Shown one piece after another: positions 39,259 through 56,190 of a stretch of DNA of 64,000 bases; positions within the stretch are counted from its first letter, which is position 1, and each line of letters begins with the position of its first letter. This stretch comes from the human T2T-CHM13v2.0 reference genome, Homo sapiens. Made by a program: the position numbers and the translations under genes. The DNA is taken from NCBI RefSeq assembly GCF_009914755.1, contig NC_060940.1; one strand, written 5' to 3'. The notes below the pieces were generated by a model. It did not search any database, was not told where the DNA came from, and saw only the letters and a program-made list of their open reading frames with translations.

Positions 39259-40709
39259 TAGAGAAATAAACAGTCTCCCCCAACTCAGAGACCATCAGAG
39301 GCATCCTGAGAAGTGTGACATTTCCTTAGGACCATGGATAAGATAAAGTAAAGCCGGATAAACAAGCCAGGACTGACCCGATGAACAGCAGAGTCAAAGC
39401 ACCAAGGCAGGCAAGTGCCTAAAAGCTAAAGCCTGGGAAATGTGCTTGATAACCCCTATCAGCACAGCTCTGGCCTCCTCGGAGAGTGCTCTCCTAAACT
39501 CAAGGTGCCATAAACATGAAAGTACCTCGATAAAGGAAGAACAGATCACCCAAGGTATATAAGAAAGGAGCTACATCACAAGGCAAGAATCTGCATTTCC
39601 CCACTCCACCACTGCTTCTCACCTGTGCTGTTTGCCTTGATCTCTGATGAGTTTATTCAGAGCCCATCTGCTTGGTGCTAAAAGCTCTGTGGGGTGCAGA
39701 GGATTGGTTTTGGAGGTAACATCCTGGAAAAGTAAAAGCTCCCCTCAGATCTGTGCTTAGCTGAGAATGGCGCTGCTACGGCATCCCTCAATATTGGACT
39801 GGTGCAAAGAACCAATGATCCAGCTGAGATCTGGGAAGGGAGATTGAGAGGCGCTGGGATGTCACATCTTTCAGCACTACCCCAGAGAGAGGTGCACTCT
39901 GGTACTGTCCCCCAACCCTGCCTTATCAATTCTGCCACTATAATCAGCTATCACAGAGCACCCTGACCTGCAGAGTAGCCAAAATCAGGATGGCCTCCTG
40001 AGGGACATCAGCATGACTTGCCACTTTCTGAGACAAATCCTTCCTCCAAATTGCTCCAAGCCTGGCTTTGTGCTTGGCCATTTCACAATCACGACTTTGT
40101 TTTCTCCTAACAGCTTACATGTTGGTTGTTCTTTTTACAGAGTTCATATAATCCATGTGAGTCTCAAAGAGGAAAGGCCACTTACCCAAGACCACAAAGT
40201 TATAAACAAATGAGCCAAAGGTAGCCCTTCAATGCCGTCAATGCTTTTTGTTTAGGGGCATGGAATATCAGGCAGCTCAGTGTGACTCCTGGAACACACC
40301 AGGTGTGGCAAAGTGGAATCTGTTGGGCTCAGATCACAGGCCCATCTCAGAATAATGGGCCAAGTAAAGAGGAGGAGGCAGGGGCAGTAGGGAAGGGCCA
40401 GGGGACAAGTGGAGAGTCTCCCCAGCAGCCCCCACAAGCTGGACAGAGCAAAACCACCTGCGATGCCAGATCAGAATGTGGAAGGTGCCTTGTCCATATC
40501 TCTACAAAAGGACACAGAGACTCAGACTTGGGTTAAAGGGTCCAATTCATGGGAGAAGAGACTGCCAAAGACAAGTGGTAGGATGAACATTTATTTAGCA
40601 CTTACTGTTTGTCAGAAGCACTCATATGTTTAATTCCTTTATAGCCTCTGCTGTGGCCCAGTAAGGGGGCGATTTGTACTCTTGTTCTGCAGATGAGGAT
40701 GCTACAGCA

Positions 40710-41030
40710 GTAACAAGCTGGTTGCTCATGAATTCCATGTTTTCTCTTTCTGTGGCATACTGGATAGGTGACACTTTTCAATACCTGGCTTTTAGGGGGC
40801 CACATAATTGAGTTTTGTTTGGTGGAATTGGGAAAAGGGTATATAGATCTCATACACACCCCCAGATCTTCATATTCCCCCACAAGATCCTCCAAGCTCC
40901 CTGTTCCATTGAAAGCTGGATGAAGATGATAAAGTGGGGCTCAGGAGCCCCAGTCAACAGCAGAGCCAACAGACCAAAGGAGCCTGGGTCCCTGAATGAC
41001 AGCATGGAACACGTTGATGTAGATAGAGCC
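40710..41030 (+). mobile_element. Old MLT1 (MLT1J-like) fragment
   Basis: gggccacataattgagtt...gcagagccaacagaccaaaggagcctgggtccctgaatgacagcatgga. Confidence 0.65.
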
Positions 41031-41859
41031 CTCACCAGAAGCACAAGAGACACAGCCCTGCAGATAACCTGCTGTGAGACCCAGTGTTCAGTCACTTCCT
41101 GACTCTGGCCATCAGTTTCCCTTTCTGCACAAGATACAGGTGGCACTGGATGATGCCCAAGGCTCCTCCAAGGCTGCCATTCAGAGATGTGTATGCTCCT
41201 TTAAGCAGGAGAGGAAGAAGAAAGATGCTGAGGATTCCTCCTCCTTCCTTTCCATGGGCTCTGGCTGGCTTTCTTTGAGGCTGTCTGCTGGGGCTTGTGT
41301 GCAGCTTCCATTAGAACTCAGCAGACCATGCCAGGTGAGGGATTTGGATACACCCAGGAGCACGGCTGGCACCCTACCCTGGCTTTCTCAGCATCGTCCC
41401 TGACAAGTTAGTTCATTTTTCACCTCCAATAGGCATGCCCCACTTACCTCCACCTCCCTGGTGAGGAGCTCACCAAGGTGACGCCAAAGCCTCCAAACAC
41501 GGACTCTCCTGCCTCCTGTGAGCCGGGAGATGCAGCTCCCCTGCAGGCACCAGGCTAGAGATACTTGTCATCCTCCCTCCCCTCCTGGACACTCGTTACA
41601 GGGCAGTGACATTTCATTTTCCACGGAGAATCACAGCCAGTCCCCCTGCATTCCGGACCCTGGAGACCTGCAGAAGCGGCGGGAAAGTCAGCCTCTGCCT
41701 GCAGGGGCCATGAAGACCATTTCTGTCGCCTGAGTCCTAAACAAGGACACGCCTGGCTTCCTAAAGCCCTCCCTAGCTTATTTGATGTTGGTGTATTTCG
41801 CTCCCTACTCTCGCCTCCCCGTCTCCCTCCCGTGAATATCTGTCTTTACCACTCACTCT

Positions 41860-42445
41860 CCAGAGGCATTTGTCTGCTGGGAAAATAGCGGCTGACAGCA
41901 AAGGTCACCGCAACCAGCTCTGACTCGCCGCATACAAATAGGCCTTTTAGCAAGGGGCCCTGCAAAGCAGGCCCAGGTCCTATTATTGATAAATCCTTGA
42001 AAATACTCTAATGTATCTTCATTTCAGGGAAAACAACTGCCTTCAAGGTTGCACTGAGAAAATAAAGCAGGCGGCATGGTGAGGGATTCGAGAAGTTGGC
42101 ATTTTCCCAAAGATTAAAAGATAATAACACTTCTATTAGGATCACTCCGCTACGCTGTATTGATCTCATCAGGGAAGCCACTGCAGGTCTAATATGAACA
42201 GAGCGCATTCTGGAATTAATCACGGGGGGTTTTATTATGGTTCATAGGGCGTTTCGTCCAAACTGCATCATTTGCAATATTTATGGCCGCACTCCCTGGC
42301 CGTTATTAAGTGCCAGTGTGCCGCGTGGAGCTGGGCCTGCTGGGTTAGAACACAAAGTTATTCTTCAAAAGTAAATCTTATCTAAACTGTGCACACAAAG
42401 TCAATTATGTTTTGATTTACATTTTAATTCGGTTGCAGAAGCCCC
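41860..42445. promoter_or_regulatory. Candidate conserved developmental enhancer
   Basis: Repeat-free, locally retains CpG, clustered TGACAG, CAAAGGTCA, TTTTATTA, TTTATGG, TAAGTG and TGATTTAC motifs. Conservation not tested. Confidence 0.5.
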
Positions 42446-42499
42446 AAGCTGGAGTGGGAGGGGCCAGAGATGAAGATCTAATTGGAAGGACCCCGTTCA

Positions 42500-42680
42500 T
42501 AACCCGGCCCATGTCTCTCCGGAGATGAGACCTCCTCGAGGAGCTCATTCCCTTTGCAGAGCCTCAGCTTCCAGATCTGTAAAATGGGCACGATAGAATC
42601 TACCTCCCAGGGCAGCACAAGAATTAAGTGAGACAGCATTCACAGACCATATGCCAGGAAACTGGCTCCAATGAACACCC
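42500..42680 (+). mobile_element. MIR
   Basis: gagcctcagcttccagatctgtaaaatggg...tacctcccaggg...gaattaagtgaga. Confidence 0.75.
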
Positions 42681-43021
42681 AGTGATAAACACTGATCCTC
42701 TTTGTGACACAGTTTTTTCTTCTATTAGAGACCTTACCTGACTTGGATTCAGGAGAGACTAATCTAAGCAAAATATCCAATGAAAATAGGCTGTTTTTTT
42801 TTTTTTTTTCAGTCCCAAGCTTAAGATAAACACATGAGTATGTTTTATAATCCATGGAAAGGAGCTTCTAGTACACTGGTTCCCACCTCCTGTCTTTTTC
42901 CTGTAGATTAGGGACGCCTTTATTTACCCCCACAATGTGGGATTAACCATCGGCTTTTGCGTAAAAGGCTCATCATAAATCTCCTGAGTTTTTGTTAAAA
43001 AAATAAATAAGATAGAGCTGG

Positions 43022-43312
43022 AGCTGGGCATGGTGGCTCGTGCCTGTAATCCCAGCACTTTGGGAGGCCTATTGGGGAGGATTGCTTCAGTTTAGGAGTT
43101 CAACACCAGCCTGGGAAATATAGGAAGATCCCATCTCTACAAAAAATTTAAAAATTAGCTGAGCATGGTGGTGTGTGCCAGTAGTCCCAGCTACTTGGGA
43201 GGCTGAGTTGGGAGGATGACTTGAGCTCAGGAGGCAGAGGTCACACCACTGCACTCCGGCCTGGTGACAGAGTGAGATCTGGTCTAAAAAAAAAAAAAAA
43301 AAAAACCCACAA
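43022..43312 (+). mobile_element. AluJ with right-arm deletion
   Basis: Dimer. TSD a(t/c)aga(g/a)ctgg. Confidence 0.9.
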
Positions 43313-43407
43313 ACAGAACTGGAAAGGGTTTAGTCCAGGACATCACACAGAGTATGCACTCAATAACTCAAGACTTCGTGTCATCAGTAGAAGGAAAAAG
43401 AGGAATA

Positions 43408-43580
43408 AATAGTAGTTGTAAAACTGCTAGTCAGAGTAGTAGGACTGGTAACCATGGCAGTAATTTTAAAAGTTATAGTAGTAGTAACAATTGTATAAGC
43501 AAGTAGTATTAGTAGTAATGGTAGCAATAGTAGGAGTACTGATGGTAGCAATAAAAGTAATAGCAGTAGTAATAATAGGA
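43408..43580. repeat. Degenerate (TAG/AGT)n low-complexity tract
   Basis: tagtagtagtaac...agtagtattagtagtaatggtagcaatagtagg. Confidence 0.75.
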
Positions 43581-44269
43581 ATATTCCAGCTCCAGATCAT
43601 ATTACCTCTGTGAGGTTAACCAAGTCATTTAACCTCCCTGAGCCTCAGGCTCATCACTTGTAAAATGGCAGTAAAAATATCTAACTCTCATGGATCTTAT
43701 CCATAAAAAATCAGATGTTGTAGGTAAAACTCTGCCTGGCCCACCACAGGCTCAGAAGGCATTAATTTCCTTCCCCATCACCCTTCACCTGTTTATAATC
43801 TCTGCTTATTCCCTGCCCTGTGCTTCTGAGGCTCCAGCATTTTGTGACTGCATGTCCAGAATGTGCCTGTGTGAATTGTTAGAATGAGAAGAGCAGTAGA
43901 TCAGGAGTCTGGTGAGTGGAGTTGCTGCGGGATTAAAACCCTAATAGTCCTATCTTCATCCCAGGGCAGACGTGAAGACTCAGTGAGAAAACGTAAGGAA
44001 GCCCTTCCCATGGGACCTGGTGTACCATAGGTACTCCGTGCCAGATGCAAATATAAAAAGACTCTTCACTCTCCTGACCTCAGTTTCCACACCTACACGA
44101 TGAGACTCATGTATATATCTTCTATTTAATAGGGACCACAAGCTCAAGGAACCGCTAGAGCCCTTCTTGAGGACAGAGGACTTAATTGTCTCTTCCTTCC
44201 CGAGGCCAATATAGTCCCTTGCAGATAATAGGCAGCCTATTAAGAATTATTACATCAATCACACCACAT

Positions 44270-44570
44270 AGAAATTCCCTCCCACAGCATCAAAATGAGG
44301 AGGTCATGTGGCCTATTCTACATGAATATCTCTAATGTGAAGAAGCTCATCATCCCAGGATTTAGCCCACTGCCTCATTAAACAATAAGTTCCTGATAGG
44401 AAGCTGAAATCTATGTCTCCATAACTGCCACCGTTTAATCCTAATTCATGCCTTTGGCATCACAGGAAACACTTTGATGTGACAGGGCTGCAAGTGTCCC
44501 ATTAGATTCCCCCGTCTTCCTCTTTCACTGGCTACACAACACCAGTCCTTCAACTGTTATGCTTATGACA
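44270..44570 (-). mobile_element. L3/CR1 relic
   Basis: gaagctcatcatc...gctgaaatctatgtctccataactgccacc...tcttcctctttcactggctacacaacaccagtccttcaact. Confidence 0.6.
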
Positions 44571-44812
44571 TGGTTCATTCACTTACCAACTCAGCAAGCA
44601 CCGATTACGTGTGCGGCTGGATCAGGCCCGCACTGGATGCTAGGAGGACAGTGCTGGAAAACGATGGGCCCAGGGAGTGAAGAACTAATGGCCCTGCTTA
44701 CAAGTGTCTGCAGTGACTCCCCTCTCCTCTCCACTGCTCCACTCTGGATTCCCCTCCACAAGTACAGGCCCTGGAGCTGAGCCCCAACTCCACGCACAGT
44801 CTGACCAGTTTA

Positions 44813-45161
<349 letters not shown>

Positions 45162-46522
45162 ATCCAAGAAAGTATGGTTAAGTGAATGTTTCCTAAATGG
45201 ATATTACCTTCCTCCTTCTATTATAAAGGTTATATGATTGCTAATGTCTTTGTCTTGCAGGAAAAGCCAACAACAGACCAACCTGGAATGGGTCCCATGG
45301 GACAGAAACCAAGCGTTTGAGCATCTCTCACCTAGGAGTGTGCAAAACCAGCATGCAAGAGTGCAAGAGCAAGGTCTGCTAGCCAGAGACTGCTGGGTGT
45401 CTGGCCCCTGGAGGCAGCTTAAGGCAGAGTCCTTAGCAGGAAGGCTGATGCCAGAACCCCTTGGTGGAGTAGGGGGTGGTGAGCTCATGGGGCGAGTTGG
45501 GGACAGGGTCAAAGAGCTGGGACAGAGAGGGAAGGGGTAAAGTTCAAGTGTGCAAGTTGGAGGGAAAACCCAAATCAATAATTGGGACAGGGACGGACTT
45601 CTGATGGATTATATCTGTTGGTTGTAGCCAGTTAGGGTTGCAAAGGTAAGAGGCATATGAGCTTGGTCTGTGGAAGCCACCCACCTGTGCTTCAATACGA
45701 AGACAGGGGAGAGACAGAACAAGTGAGGAGAGGAGGAGGAAGAGAGAGAGCACACAAGGGTGAGAGTAGAAAAAATAGGGCAGCAGATAAGTTGGACTAA
45801 AAGAAGAAGATCTATGGCATATTCGAACATTAAACATCAGCCTTGTGAGCACTTTAATAAACTGGGTTTATTGAACAAGTCATCTTACCATAAAATAGAT
45901 TTGCATTTCCCTCCCCCCAGTGTCCCGGTTCTGTGGCCTGATAAACACAGCAGCATCACCACCATAATATGCACCTCATAAATCCACAGGTTCCGGTGGC
46001 TTCACTGGAAACCCAGAGAGCTCTTCCAGGAGAACTATTGCCTGAAAGCCTGGTTGCTTCCTGAGAACCCCCTCCCTGCCCAGAACAAGCCCTTGGAGCA
46101 AACCCTAGAAATAGACACAAACTTCCGTGGAGGAAAAAAGCATGCATCACATCTTCCTATTTTAGCTGAGCAAACCCACCACTTTAGGAAGTGGCATCAA
46201 TATAGCATTACGGATTTTGAAGAAACACACAGGAGCACATCACTTAAACACCAAAATACTGGTTTCTACCCTTACGTCTGACAGCAGAAGGAGCTTGCCG
46301 AGGGCGTAGAGACAAGAAGCACACCAGGGGCTACCCTTAAAGACCAGTCCATTTTCTGTTATGCTGAATCCAGAGGCTAATTCTCAGGAGTTATAAAGGA
46401 ACTGTAAAACTATATTTTGATTCACAGGCTTTCATTTCGACTCAATTTGAGAATACTCTTACTAAACCTATAGCTGCCAACCTTCTCCATTAAAGTCTGA
46501 CACATACTTTAAACTGAATATG

Positions 46523-46972
46523 CAGTTCACCCTTGAACAATATGGACTTGAACTATGAGTGTCCACTTATACATGAATTGTCTTCTGCCTCTGCCACGCC
46601 TGAGACAACAAAACCAACCTCTCCTCTTTCTCCTCCTCTTTCTTCTCCTCTTGAGTTTACTCAATGTGAAGATGAGGAAGATGAAGATCTTTAGGATCAT
46701 TTACTTCCACATAATGAATAGTAAATATGTTTCTCTTATTTATGATTTTCTTGGTAACATTTTCTTTTCTCTAGCTTACTTTATTATGAGAATACAATAT
46801 ATAATACATATACAAAATATGTGTTATCAGCCATTTATGTTATCAATAAGGCTTTCAGTCAACAGTAGGCTATTAGTAGTTTTTTTTTTTGGAGGAGTCA
46901 ATGTTATACATGGATTTTTAACCGTGTAGGGGGTCGGTTCCCCAAATCCCTATATAGTTCAAGTGTCAACTG
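46523..46972 (+). mobile_element. Tigger2a DNA transposon relic
   Basis: TIRs cagttcacccttgaaca / agttcaagtgtcaactg followed by TA. Interior tactcaatgtgaagatgaggaagatgaaga. Confidence 0.88.
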
Positions 46973-47090
46973 TATATCTGTGTTGAATATATGGACATAT
47001 ATATATAAACAAACATAATTGAATATATGTGTGTATGTAATATGTATATACACATGAGTGTGTATACACACAGGCACACAAATATATGAA
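46973..47090. repeat. TA/TG/CA low-complexity tract
   Basis: Read directly from the sequence. Confidence 0.7.
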
Positions 47091-47339
47091 TGAAATAACA
47101 AAACATAGTCCAGTTGAAAACTTCTGTTGATTTTTTAGTCTGAGTTTAATTCTGCACATGGTGAACAAGAACAGCATGTTCTATAATTGCAATGCAGCAC
47201 AGATATACTAGCATGAGTCTGAGTGTTGGCTGCTTTGATTTGTGAGTTCACCCAGAAGAAAAACCAAAAAATAGATTTGCATTTCTGGGGGTGGAAGAAA
47301 ATGCAAAAACATTAATTTATTGAGGTTAAAGATAAATCC

Positions 47340-47620
47340 CAAAAGGAGAAATGCAAATGACCAATCAACATATGAGAAATTGCTCAATCTCTTGGATAAT
47401 TAAAGGAATAAAACTGAACCAGTAATGAAATTTTATCATGGTTTGTCTTTTAATTTGGCAAAGCCTAATAAAAAGTAATAATACTCAAAGCTGGTAAGGC
47501 TGTGATGAGACAGTTATTCATTGATGAGTCAAAAATAGATGGACACATACTGCAATTTGGGGTGTATATTAATAGCCTAGAAATTATTTATTTGACCCAC
47601 TTAGTGATGTCTTCGGTAAA
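47340..47620 (+). mobile_element. L1ME ORF2 3' fragment
   Basis: caaatgaccaatcaacatatgagaaattgctcaatctc...taataatactcaaagctggtaaggctgtg. Confidence 0.6.
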
Positions 47621-47924
47621 GAGAAAGCTTTGTTGTTTGTATAATTGCAGGCAGAAAGTCTGGGGATCACCCAAGATAAGAAAGTGATATTCCAACATGA
47701 GACCTGGGGAATAAAAAACTCAGGAATGAGAAGAGGCTTGAATAATGAAAGAAGAGGACCTTCCAATCTAGGTAAGTGACCAATCATGGAACTGACATTT
47801 CTCAGAGCCACTTCTGCCTGCAGGTTTTACCAAGTGCCCTGTGAAGAGGGATCAGAATAAAGACGAGAGCCACTCTGAAGGCCACCTATCATTGTGGGAT
47901 TAGAGTAACAGAGAGTTCCAATCA

Positions 47925-48258
<334 letters not shown>

Positions 48259-49072
48259 ACATGCCTTGGTGGAATCCATGCAACCTTATCCAGTCCCTGT
48301 GCTGTCACGAAGTAAAGGAAAACCTTGGGAATACTATAAAGCACAAAACCAAGCTGGCTCTGTGTAGATCTAGGAGCTGAGTGGGGAGAATAAGATAGCA
48401 CTCCCTGAGAGATCCATAAGAATTCCAAACCCAAGGTCCCTCATTGCTGTCTGCAGCAACATTCCATTATGCAGGGACTTCTTGAAGGGCCAGTTAGTGC
48501 CTTTCCAGCTGCCAACCTGTGGTCGCAGCAGTGCACCTGGTCACCAAAAATGGTAACATCTAGAAAACCCAGTGTCATTGGACTTAACACATTTCTCTCA
48601 AAAACTATCCTCCAAAACAGATAAAAACTTAATTTTGGCAATAGAAGACAATTTGGGAGTGATTTCAAGGTGCTAAAGAACCACAGATCTTTCCAAATTC
48701 CTTGTCCCATCCCTCAATGGGGTGTGCAGTTTTCTCATGTTCTCTTGACACTAAAAGAATAAGCACAGATTTATAAACAAAGTTCCTTATGGTGGCTGCA
48801 TGCTGTTCATACTGGACATGCATATTTTGAGGTTTTTCCAATATTATTTGGCCAGAGGCTATTCAAGGGCTTCGTTGTTGAAGAATCCACTGGCCCCTTC
48901 TTTCCTGGTGCTCACTCGAGTGACATTCCAGGATCAAAGGGCTAAAATAGAACACCTCAACTAAACAGAAATTAACCATCTGCTGGAATGTATTTCTATA
49001 TTTGAATCTGTTGAGAATTTATTTGACAAATTCAATGTATCCGTTCAGCAAATGTGTATTGTATTCTCATCA

Positions 49073-49378
<306 letters not shown>

Positions 49379-50113
49379 TCATATCTTGCCTGTGTCTCCA
49401 CCTCTTCATCTCTGTGGCTCATGGTGAAAGGATCCTCCACTAAAACACTAGTACCTTGGCTTGTACAGTCACAATGAGAATTACATGCAAATAAGACAAG
49501 ACAATATTACAACAGTTAATATTTATTAAATACTTATTAGGTATTCCTCACTGATCAATTCACTCCCTTAAAAATCATACAGAATGTGGTGGCTCCATTC
49601 CAAGATGGCCAAATAGGAACAGCTCTGGTCTGCAGCTCCCAGCATGATCAATGCAGAAGACAAGTGATTTCTGCATTTCCAACTGAGTTCTGAAGAGACC
49701 AGTGGTTCTCCCAGCATGGTGTTTGAGCTCTGAGAACAGACTGCCTCCTCCAGTGGGTCCCTGACCCCCATGTAGCCTAACTGGGAGATACCTCCCAGTA
49801 GAGGCCGGCAGACACCTCATACAGGCAGGTGCCCCTCTGGGACGAAGCTTCCAGAGGAAGGATCAGGCAGCAATATTTGCTATTCTGCAATATCTGCTGT
49901 TCTGCAGCCTCCGCTGGTGACACCCAGACGAACAGGATCTGGAGTGGACCTCCAGCAAATTCCAACAGACCTGCAGCTGAGGAACCTGACTGTTAGAAGG
50001 AAAACTAACAAACAGAAAGGAATAGCATCAACATCAACAAAAAGGACATCCACACCAAAACCCCATCAGTAGGTCACCAACATCAAAGACCAAAGGTAGA
50101 TAAAACCACAAAG

Positions 50114-50833
50114 ATGGGGAGAAGCCAGAGCAGAAAAGCTGAAAATTCTAAAAAACAGAGGACCTCTTCTCCTCCAAAGGATCACAGCTCCTTGCCAGCA
50201 ACAGAACAAAGCTGGACAGAGAATGACTTTGACAAGCTGACAGAAGTAGGCTTCAGAAGGTCAGTAATAACAAACTTCTCCGAGCTAAAGGAGCATGTTC
50301 TAACCCATTGTAAGGAAGCAAAAACCTTGAAAAAAGATTAGAAGAATGGCTAACTAGATTAAAGAGAGTAGAGAAGAACTTAAATGGCCTGATGGAACTG
50401 AAAACCATGGCATGAGAACTTCGTGACGCATGCACAAGCTTGAATAGTCGATTCAACCAAGTGGAAGAAAGGGTATCAGTGATTGAAGATCAAATTAATG
50501 AAATAAAGCGAGAAGATAAGGTTAGGGAAAAAAGAGTAAAAAGAAATGAACAATGCCTCCAAGAAGTATGGGATTATGTGAAAAGACCAAATCTATGTTT
50601 GATTGGTATACCTGAAAGTGACAGGGAGAATGCAACCAAGTTGGAAAACACTCTTCAGGATATTATCCAGGAGAACTTCCTCAACCTAGCAAGATAGGCC
50701 AACATTCCAATTCAGGAAATACAGAGAACACCACAAAGATACTCCTCGAGAAGAGCAACCCCAAGACACATAACTGTCAGATTCACCAAGGTTGAAATGA
50801 AGGAAAAAATGTTAAGCACAGCCAGAGAGAAAG
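50114..50833 (+). pseudogene. L1 ORF1p remnant (disrupted, C-terminally truncated)
   Basis: MGRSQSRKAENSK..., ...WDYVKRPNLCLIGIPESD..., ends at AREK. Confidence 0.92.
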
Positions 50834-53735
<2,902 letters not shown>

Positions 53736-53970
53736 ACAATGAAAACACTTGGACACAGGGCAGGGAACATCCCACACCAGGGCCTGTCAGGGGGTGGGGG
53801 GCTGGGGGAGTGATAGCATTAGGAGAAATACCTAATGTAAGTGATGAATTGATGGGTGCAGCAAACCAACATGGCACATGTATACCTATGTAACTAATCT
53901 GCACATTGTGCACATGTACCCTAGAACTTAAAGTATTATTTAAAAAGAAGAAAAAAAATCATACAAAACG

Positions 53971-54425
<455 letters not shown>

Positions 54426-54429
54426 TGCA

Positions 54430-54590
54430 GAGGGCAACAAACAACAATCTGTTACTGTATGGCCTGTGAGCTAAGAATGGTTTTCCCATTTATAAAGGGT
54501 CTGGTGGGGGAAGAATATTTTGTGACATGTGAAAATGATATGAAATTTAAATATTAGTGTCTGTGAATAAAGTGTTACTGGAACACACAC
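54430..54590 (+). mobile_element. MER58B-like (hAT-Charlie) fragment
   Basis: tatggcctgtgagctaagaatggtttt...tgtgaaaatgatatgaaatttaaat...aataaagtgttactggaacaca. Confidence 0.7.
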
Positions 54591-55726
54591 ACAAAGAAGT
54601 TTGGAAGTGAAAAGAAGTGGTAGGTTGAAAGAAAGTGGGATGAAAAAGGGTTGTAGTTGGTTTTTAGGCTGAAACTTAAACCAGCAGGAAAGAAAAGTTC
54701 TACTGAAAGGGAGATCCCACAAAAGGCAAAAGTCATTGAAAGAACAGCACAGGTGCTTTCAGCTCCAAATAGTGAAATGTCTCAGGAAAGGGGCTTTAAC
54801 AATACAGCCTTATTTTTACACACACCCTAAAAAGTGTCAGCCACATGTTTTAGGAAGCTGTGGAAGGGCTAGAACAACATATGTTTTTCATGCAGTCAGA
54901 ATCCAACTGACATCAGATGTACACGATTGGCATGGAAACCAGGAAGCTTGAGGGACTCAATTTTCAAAATTTGTTTTACAACTATATTTGCATTTTGTGT
55001 GGGTGTGGATGGTAATTGTGATGCTCAGGCCAGGGCAAAGACAAAAACATATTTCTTAATGAGTCTCCTAATGCTGTCCTCACTAGCTAATCAGTACTTG
55101 TGTTTTGGGACACCAAACATATTTACGCTAATAATTTTCCCGTCTAAATGTAACCTATAAATGTTGCTCTGTGACAGCTTTGCTGCAGAAAGGTCCATTT
55201 TCTGTGTGCAGGGGCATCAATAGAACGAACAGGCCTGTGATCCTACATATGCAGTGCCCTCCTTTCCCCTTCCCCAGGCTCTCCTAGTATCCCTGCTAAA
55301 GGATCCAATTCCAATTTCTGGGGCCAATAGCACTTTGCTTAAAGTGATGAATCACTCTCATTAAATTAGGGTTGGTCACCTTCGTGTGACTATTTTGCCC
55401 TGTGCCTATTGACCGTACATGTTATAGATTACTAATTTCAGCTAAAACACTCCTCAAGTGTCACAAATTCTGGCTCACTCTGCTAACACTGAGAGAAAGA
55501 ATAGGAACCAATTGATGGGAAGCGTCTGGTTGTGGAGGATTTTCTACATTCAAGATGACCACAGAATGGGACCATTGAGCTTGAGAGAAAGTCATTCCTC
55601 CTTACTGGAATTTGTTTAGAGATTTGACAGTTTTCAGTTTGTCCATGCTGGCTTCCTCAGGAGGTATCTAGCATGCAGTATGTTTATTAAGAGTATTGTT
55701 CAGATCAAAGCCTGTGGAAGAGAAGG

Positions 55727-56080
55727 TGATATGGTTTGGCTCTGTGTCCCCACCCAAATCTCATCTTGTAGCTCCTATAATTACCAAGTGTTGTGGGAGA
55801 GACCCAGTGGAAGATAACTGAATCATGGGGATGGGTCTTTTCTGTGCTGTTCTCGTGATAGTGAATAAGTGTCACGAGGTCTGTTGGTTTTAAAAATGGG
55901 ACTTTCCCTGCACAAGCTCTCTTCTCTTGTCTGCCGCCATGTGAGACGTGCCTTTCACCTTCCGCCATGATTGTGAGGCCTCCCCAGCCACGTGGAACTG
56001 TGAGTCCGATAAACCTTTCATTTGTAAATTGCCCAGTCTCAAGTATGTCTTTATCAGCAATGTGAAAATGGACTAATACA
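55727..56080 (+). mobile_element. THE1 (A/B) solo LTR
   Basis: tgatatggtttggctctgtgtccccacccaaatctc...ggactaataca. Perfect TSD gaagg. Confidence 0.95.
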
Positions 56081-56190
56081 GAAGGGAGGGGAGGGTAGGG
56101 GAGAGACGGGGGAGTGGGGGAAAGAGGGGAGGGGAGGGGAGGGAAGGGAAGGGAAGGGAAGGGGAGGGGAGGGGAGGGAAGGGAAGGGAG
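56081..56190 (+). repeat. (GGGAA/GGGGA)n polypurine tract
   Basis: About 110 nt of near-pure purine with many GGG runs. Confidence 0.92.

Noticed and set aside
41400-42445. CpG island promoter
   Set aside because: CpG is only modestly raised and GC content is moderate. It fits an enhancer better.
45240-45300. Strong-looking splice acceptor tgtctttgtcttgcag
   Set aside because: No convincing partner donor or coding signal. Isolated acceptors are common.
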